Positions 58,627 through 64,000 of a stretch of DNA of 64,000 bases are shown here, one piece after another. Location: the NCBI GenBank assembly GCA_050950145.1, contig JBMNHB010000001.1, forward strand, positions 364,820 through 428,819. The letters run 5' to 3'. The notes beneath the pieces are model-generated. The model searched no databases, was not told where the DNA came from, and saw nothing but the letters and a program-made list of their open reading frames with translations. Source of the stretch: Candidatus Dojkabacteria bacterium. GTDB lineage: Bacteria > Patescibacteriota > Dojkabacteria > SC72. The translations under genes were made by a program, and so were the position numbers. Position 1 is the first letter of the stretch, and the number at the start of each line of letters is the position of its first letter.

Positions 58627-59256
58627 ATGCAGAAGTCAAAAAAGGGTAAAAATGGAAACAAGGTTGTGATGTTTCTTACTCTAGCAGATATGTTTACTTG
58701 GGGGCCATTTTTAATAATTTCTGCACTCTCTGGAATATACCTTTCAAGAAAACTTGGTATTGATACTGTTAAATTTGTTGGAATTGGTACATCTGTATAC
58801 TTTTTTACAAGAGCACTATTTCAAATTCCAATGGGATACATTACTGACAAGATAAAAGGGGACAGAGATGAAATATTGCTTTTAGCTACAGGGATAATAT
58901 TAATGGGTCTACCTTACACTCTCTATCCTCATATCACAATTCCTACACACTACTATGGACTTCAATTTCTTTTTGGAATAGGGGCATGTTTGAATGTTAC
59001 AAATTGGAGAAAATTGTTTGCAATGAACATTGATAGTGGTATGGAAGGTTTACAGTATGCATTTTATGAGACAATTATAAGTATCACTACTGCTGTTGTT
59101 AGCCTACTTGTTGGTACTATTGCTAATCTAGGAGAAGCCTATTTTGACAGTGTGATGGTACTTTCTGGAATATTAATGATGCTAGGTTCTGTATGGGCTC
59201 TATCTATACACTCCGTTAAACAGAGGAGAACTAATATTAACAAAAAGAAGAAATGA
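58627..59256 (+). CDS. MFS-like half-transporter (about 6 TM, motif A GYITDKIKGDRDE)
   Basis: Only an N-terminal-half equivalent of an MFS transporter is present. Possibly a truncated remnant. Confidence 0.4.
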   Translation: MQKSKKGKNGNKVVMFLTLADMFTWGPFLIISALSGIYLSRKLGIDTVKFVGIGTSVYFFTRALFQIPMGYITDKIKGDRDEILLLATGIILMGLPYTLYPHITIPTHYYGLQFLFGIGACLNVTNWRKLFAMNIDSGMEGLQYAFYETIISITTAVVSLLVGTIANLGEAYFDSVMVLSGILMMLGSVWALSIHSVKQRRTNINKKKK

Positions 59257-59690
59257 ATAAAAAAGGAGTAATTGGTGTTGGATTTTTACTAATCTTACTA
59301 ATCATAATTGGTGGGTTAGTACTTAAGGTATATATATTGGACAAAGGTGTAGTTAATACACCTAGAGAAAAAGAAAGCTTAGAATTTAAGAGTGAAAGAA
59401 ATGGTTTTACATTAACAGCTAGATATCAAAGTGAAAATGAAATTGAACATGTTTGGGAATACAAAATAACAGGAACCTTACCATCTCCCTGTCACAATAC
59501 AGATGTACAACCAATTGTTTTAGAAAGCTATCCAGAACAAGTCTCAGTACTTCTTACCATCACTCCTCCAGAGTCAGATGTTAATTGTATACAAGTTCTT
59601 GATGAAGATTTTGAAACAACAGGAGAGTTTAAAGCAAGTGATAAGGCTAAGATATCTTTTGTAGTTGACACTTCAACAACCCAAGAATAA
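59253..59690 (+). CDS. Membrane-anchored hypothetical protein (145 aa)
   Basis: N-terminal TM. Overlaps the upstream gene by ATGA. Confidence 0.4.
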   Translation: MNKKGVIGVGFLLILLIIIGGLVLKVYILDKGVVNTPREKESLEFKSERNGFTLTARYQSENEIEHVWEYKITGTLPSPCHNTDVQPIVLESYPEQVSVLLTITPPESDVNCIQVLDEDFETTGEFKASDKAKISFVVDTSTTQE

Positions 59691-59704
59691 CATTAAGAAT
59701 ATTC

Positions 59705-60337
59705 TTATCTCTTTATCACATAGTTTAGGATATTACTCCTAATTCCAAATCTTTTGTATAGATTATTCGCCAATTCTAACAGATAAGTCTTTCTATTAAG
59801 CGAAACAGTACTCCAATCCTCAATTGCATAAATAGTTAAATCTCCCATCTCCTCACACATCTTCCCAATATGCTCTACGACTTCCCTCTTGTTCTCTCTT
59901 CCTAAAAATGGAAACTGTTTATACAACGAATCAAAAATCTTTAATTCAGTACCTTCTGGATCTGTTACTTCCCTTGTCCTATCTACAATATATTCTGAGC
60001 TAAGAAACAGATTAAGCTCTGGATTACGATTAGTGAGAATCATTAACCTATCACCAAATTCTTCTCTTAGAAACCAAAGATGACTTTGTATATCATCTGG
60101 TATCTCAGAATTATTCCAAAGAGCATATACAGGAAGTTTATCAAACACATTTGGAAACAATACTCCATCTATATCACAAAGGAATATTTCATTTCCCTTC
60201 TCATCTTCATCTGTCTCTGAAGCAATTTCTTCTACTGCATCTTCAAATGATTTACAAAAAACTTCACTGTATGATGGTCTGTAAGTCTCTCCTTTAAATA
60301 TATTTTCAATTCCCATGAGCCTGACATTATACATCAC
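59705..60337 (-). CDS. HAD-like phosphatase (DxDGV motif)
   Basis: FLCDIDGVLF motif-I-like block. Confidence 0.4.
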   Translation of the reverse strand: MMYNVRLMGIENIFKGETYRPSYSEVFCKSFEDAVEEIASETDEDEKGNEIFLCDIDGVLFPNVFDKLPVYALWNNSEIPDDIQSHLWFLREEFGDRLMILTNRNPELNLFLSSEYIVDRTREVTDPEGTELKIFDSLYKQFPFLGRENKREVVEHIGKMCEEMGDLTIYAIEDWSTVSLNRKTYLLELANNLYKRFGIRSNILNYVIKR

Positions 60338-60355
60338 AAGTGGTAAAATATTAAT

Positions 60356-61537
60356 ATGTCACAACATACTTACTACTTTGACAATTCAGCAACAACAAAA
60401 ATTTCTAAAGAGGTTATAGACAGCATGCAACCATATCTTAATGAAATATATGGCAATGCATCAAGTATATATTCAATCGGTAGAGAGACTAAAAAAGCAA
60501 TTGAAGTTGCAAGAGAAAAAGTAGCTAAAGCAATTAATGCTGATAGCAAAGAGATATTCTTTACCGGATCAGGTACAGAAGCTGATAACTGGGCAATAAA
60601 AGGTATAGCATTTGCTAATCAACATAAAGGTAAACACATTATCACAACTAATATTGAACATCATGCAGTATTACACACATGTCAATATTTAGAGAAGTTT
60701 GGTTTTGAAACAACATATGTTCCAGTTAAGGAGAATGGGATTGTAGATGTTAATGATATTAAAGATGCAATAAGGGAAGATACTATTCTAATCTCTGTAA
60801 TGTTTGCAAATAATGAGATTGGGACTATCCAACCAATTAAAGAGATAGGAGAGTTAGCAAAAGAGAAGAATATATATTTTCATACTGATGCTGTTCAAAC
60901 AATTGGAAACATTCCTGTAGATGTTAAAGAGTTAAATGTAGACTTACTTTCTCTCTCTGCTCATAAATTTCATGGACCAAAGGGAGTAGGAGCATTGTAT
61001 GTAAGAAATGGAGTAAATATTGATAATCTACTACATGGAGGAGGACAGGAGAAGAGAAGAAGAGCAAGTACTGAAAATACAGCAGGAATTGTGGGACTTG
61101 GCAGGGCAATTGAGATAGCAACTAAAGATATTCCAAAGAAAGCTGAATATCTAAAAAATTTAAGAGAGAAAACAATTAATGGACTAATAGAAAATATTCC
61201 AGATATAATTGTAAATGGAGATAGAGAGAAAAGACTACCAGGGAATGTAAATGTTTGTTTTAAATATATTGAAGGAGAATCCATATTGTTACACCTAGAC
61301 CAGTATGGAATATGTGCTTCTAGTGGTTCTGCATGCACCTCAGGCTCTCTAGAGCCATCTCATGTACTCTTGGCAATAGGACTACCTCATGAGATTGCTC
61401 ACGGTTCTTTAAGGCTTTCATTCTCAGAAGAGAATACAGAGGAAGAAGTAGACTATCTATTAGAAAAACTACCTCCAATTATTAAAAACCTAAGAAATAT
61501 GTCCCCTTTATATAACAAATCAAATTGTAAAAATTAA
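60356..61537 (+). CDS. iscS: Cysteine desulfurase (NifS/IscS)
   Basis: PLP-lysine SAHKFHGPKG and the active-site cysteine loop SGSACTSGS. Confidence 0.9.
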   Translation: MSQHTYYFDNSATTKISKEVIDSMQPYLNEIYGNASSIYSIGRETKKAIEVAREKVAKAINADSKEIFFTGSGTEADNWAIKGIAFANQHKGKHIITTNIEHHAVLHTCQYLEKFGFETTYVPVKENGIVDVNDIKDAIREDTILISVMFANNEIGTIQPIKEIGELAKEKNIYFHTDAVQTIGNIPVDVKELNVDLLSLSAHKFHGPKGVGALYVRNGVNIDNLLHGGGQEKRRRASTENTAGIVGLGRAIEIATKDIPKKAEYLKNLREKTINGLIENIPDIIVNGDREKRLPGNVNVCFKYIEGESILLHLDQYGICASSGSACTSGSLEPSHVLLAIGLPHEIAHGSLRLSFSEENTEEEVDYLLEKLPPIIKNLRNMSPLYNKSNCKN

Positions 61538-61542
61538 AGCAG

Positions 61543-61926
61543 ATGGAAGAATACAGTGAAAAAGTAATGGACCATTTCATGAACCCAAGGAATGTTGGAG
61601 TTATCGAAGACGCAGATGCTATTGGAGAGGTAGGTAATCCTAGATGTGGAGATATCATGCGAATGTATCTTAAGATTAAGGATAATGTAATAGAGGATAT
61701 AAAGTTTCAAACTTTTGGTTGTGGAGCAGCTGTTGCAACAAGTAGTATGGTCACAGAACTAGTAAAAGGAAAAACACTTGAAGAAGCTCTAAAAGTCACA
61801 AAAATGGATGTTGCAGATGCACTTGGTGGTCTTCCTCCAATAAAGATGCACTGTTCTAACTTAGCGGAAGAAGCTATTAGATCCGCAATAGAAAATTACA
61901 GGAAGAAAAATGAAAAAAAAGAATAA
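61543..61926 (+). CDS. iscU: Fe-S cluster assembly scaffold IscU/NifU
   Basis: Three conserved Cys (GNPRCGD, FGCGAA, HCS). Confidence 0.9.
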   Translation: MEEYSEKVMDHFMNPRNVGVIEDADAIGEVGNPRCGDIMRMYLKIKDNVIEDIKFQTFGCGAAVATSSMVTELVKGKTLEEALKVTKMDVADALGGLPPIKMHCSNLAEEAIRSAIENYRKKNEKKE

Positions 61927-63538
61927 AAACATATTAATAATTACCTTATCTATCTGTTTCTGTCTTGTCCTGCTAGCTATAAATCTCTTAATACACTCTC
62001 CATTTGCTAAAAGAAGACGACAAGATTTTCCAAAATGTACATACCAAAATCTCCACAAAGAATATGTAAGAAACAAAGAAAAGTTTCCTGATGATTTAGA
62101 TATTTTTCCACCAAACTATCTCGAAGTTATAGAAGAAAACAATTTGAATATTGTACAGAAGAATAGAGTAGAGTTGCTTAGATATGGAAGAACTGTTGTA
62201 AATCAACAAAAAACAGGAAACTATCAAAATGTATTACATTCATTACTAAATACAAATACTCCAATTCTTCTTAATGATCAAATCCTTTCAATATATTTTG
62301 AGACAGAGATAGAAGATATTAAGAAAGATTTAATGCAAAAAGAATGGGAAAATAGGAAAAAGCTCTTTGAAAAAATATCTAAAAGGAAATTGGCAGAGAT
62401 AGAATATATTGAAGATTTACTTGAGAACAGTATAGATGTATTTAATGATTCTCTATCAGACAATGATATGAGTGTTGTTAGTACTATACAGAGTAGGGAT
62501 AGTACAACAGAGAAATTAGAAAGTAGTAGTAAAATTGAAGTTGATATTAACAAAAACTTACTAGATAGAATGATTAATTTATCAAAATATCTAGTTAATC
62601 AGTTAGAGAGAATGGGAATTAAGAACAGTAAGTTACTAGAGCTTGAAAAGAATCTTCTAACTCTCAAAGAAGAAAGGATTGAGAAAGAAGTATTAGAAAA
62701 AATATTACTTTCACAGCAATATAATCTTGATAATGTTCAGATATTACTAACTACAGTAAAAGATGGTGATAATTATACTCTCTTTGTAACTCCATATATC
62801 TCCAAAATACCTATACTACCTGAAATAAATGATGAGAATATTTTAGAAGATTATGATGTAGAACCTTTGCCTCTTAGAAATGAAGCAATTAGATTACCTA
62901 TTATGATGTATCATAATATTAGTGAACCGATACCTAATGATCCATATTTACTCTATGTTAGTCCTGAGATATTTGAAAAACAGATAGCATATTTAGTTAA
63001 AAAGAATTACAAAATATTAAGTGTTGGAGAGTTCAATAGTATTCTAGAATCAGGTGTTACACCTAAACAGAAAAGCATATTACTTACATTTGATGATGCT
63101 ACACCTACTCACTATTCAGTAGCATATCCAATTCTTAAGAAATATGGACAAACAGGTACCTTCTTTATGATTGCATCTAGGTCTCTTCTAAATCATCAGC
63201 AAATTAAAGAGATGGCTGATGGTGGTATGGATATTCAATCACATTCTAATACTCATGCATATTTTCACAAGATAAGTAGTGGTGCAATAAATGAAGAGAT
63301 GGCTACTAGTAAGAGTAAGATAGAGGAGATTACTGGTAAACCTGTTACTTTGCTTGCTTATCCTGGATGTAGTGCTGATTATAGATCTTTTGATATTGCA
63401 CAAAACAACGGATATACAGCAGCATTCTCATGTGGTAGATATATAGATATTAAACTAGATAAGAAGTACTACATATCAAGAGTACATGCATACAATGACA
63501 TGGAAAGCTTTGTTAGGATGCTCTCAGTTGGTCTTTAG
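61910..63538 (+). CDS. Polysaccharide deacetylase (CE4) with N-terminal TM and long coiled-coil region
   Basis: C-terminal NodB blocks TFDDA and HSNTH. Confidence 0.7.
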   Translation: MKKKNKNILIITLSICFCLVLLAINLLIHSPFAKRRRQDFPKCTYQNLHKEYVRNKEKFPDDLDIFPPNYLEVIEENNLNIVQKNRVELLRYGRTVVNQQKTGNYQNVLHSLLNTNTPILLNDQILSIYFETEIEDIKKDLMQKEWENRKKLFEKISKRKLAEIEYIEDLLENSIDVFNDSLSDNDMSVVSTIQSRDSTTEKLESSSKIEVDINKNLLDRMINLSKYLVNQLERMGIKNSKLLELEKNLLTLKEERIEKEVLEKILLSQQYNLDNVQILLTTVKDGDNYTLFVTPYISKIPILPEINDENILEDYDVEPLPLRNEAIRLPIMMYHNISEPIPNDPYLLYVSPEIFEKQIAYLVKKNYKILSVGEFNSILESGVTPKQKSILLTFDDATPTHYSVAYPILKKYGQTGTFFMIASRSLLNHQQIKEMADGGMDIQSHSNTHAYFHKISSGAINEEMATSKSKIEEITGKPVTLLAYPGCSADYRSFDIAQNNGYTAAFSCGRYIDIKLDKKYYISRVHAYNDMESFVRMLSVGL

Positions 63539-63918
63539 ACAATTGTTTCCCAAAGACCGTGAAGATTGCAGTATTCTCTAACTCTAAGTTGACCAATATT
63601 TTCAAATGTGAATTCTGCTTTTGGTTCTTCTCCTGGTTTTAAGAATACTTTTTGACTTTCTTCACCATTGATTACTTCAATCCATTCAATGTAGTGTACA
63701 TCTTCCATAGGATGAGGTACTGAACCAACTTCTACAATTACTTTGTTTCCTTCTACTTTTACAACAGGAAGATGTTTTTCATTTCCTTCATCTTCTTTCT
63801 TTTCTTCAAAAAGAACCATATCTTGACCACAACATACTAATGTTCCACCTCCTTCATGTAATACTTCTACAATATTCCCACAGATATTACATTTGTATAC
63901 TTGATGTCTTTTTGTCAT
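63535..63918 (-). CDS. dfx: Desulfoferrodoxin (superoxide reductase)
   Basis: N-terminal desulforedoxin CxxC...CC and C-terminal SOR centre (H..H..C..H). Confidence 0.9.
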   Translation of the reverse strand: MTKRHQVYKCNICGNIVEVLHEGGGTLVCCGQDMVLFEEKKEDEGNEKHLPVVKVEGNKVIVEVGSVPHPMEDVHYIEWIEVINGEESQKVFLKPGEEPKAEFTFENIGQLRVREYCNLHGLWETIV

Positions 63919-64000
63919 ATATATTAACTAATAATTTAATTAGCTAATTTCAGTATACACTACTATGTTGAAAAAACGAACAGGACTGTAACTCTAAAGA

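Noticed and set aside
1-64000. CRISPR arrays, transposases, integrases, rRNA operons
   Set aside because: No short regularly spaced direct repeats other than the coding 33-bp tandem repeat. No ORF has transposase or integrase motifs. No rRNA-like conserved blocks were seen.

Overview
The window is AT-rich (about 33% GC overall, by eye) and tightly packed with genes. It reads as part of a small bacterial chromosome: LexA, NrdR, UvrB and MutL are bacterial markers. The content (2-oxoacid:ferredoxin oxidoreductase plus ADP-forming acetyl-CoA synthetase, class III anaerobic ribonucleotide reductase, desulfoferrodoxin, no respiratory genes) points to an anaerobic fermenter, possibly an uncultivated Patescibacteria/CPR-like lineage; that lineage call is inference, not shown by the sequence. 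Standard genetic code. Supported content: DNA repair genes (uvrB, mutL, lexA); an nrdR-nrdD-nrdG operon with an intein in NrdD; three tRNAs (Gln, Pro, His); cell-wall genes (alr, murB, FemAB-like, DegT-like, NagZ-like GH3, two CE4 deacetylases); redox genes (trxB, dfx, iscS-iscU); and a Type II restriction-modification pair (m5C methyltransferase plus partner ORF). Most unusual items: (1) a 1572-aa protein with RecJ-type DHH and DHHA1 motifs, a roughly 650-aa N-terminal extension and very long insertions; (2) a 285-aa protein carrying the three [FeFe]-hydrogenase H-cluster motifs but no other hydrogenase domains; (3) a roughly 235-nt GC-richer intergenic unit with a near-consensus sigma70-type promoter and an intrinsic terminator but no ORF, a candidate sRNA; (4) a clear NrdR-box pair overlapping the predicted nrd promoter; (5) a 58-aa stand-alone paralog of the C-terminal domain of a neighbouring 478-aa protein; (6) a RecD/Dda-like helicase, a DEDDh exonuclease and two orphan ORFs as neighbours; (7) a 33-bp tandem repeat encoding PTPTPTEPPVD units in a predicted sortase-anchored surface protein; (8) a frameshifted EamA transporter gene. 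No CRISPR array, transposase, integrase or rRNA was seen.
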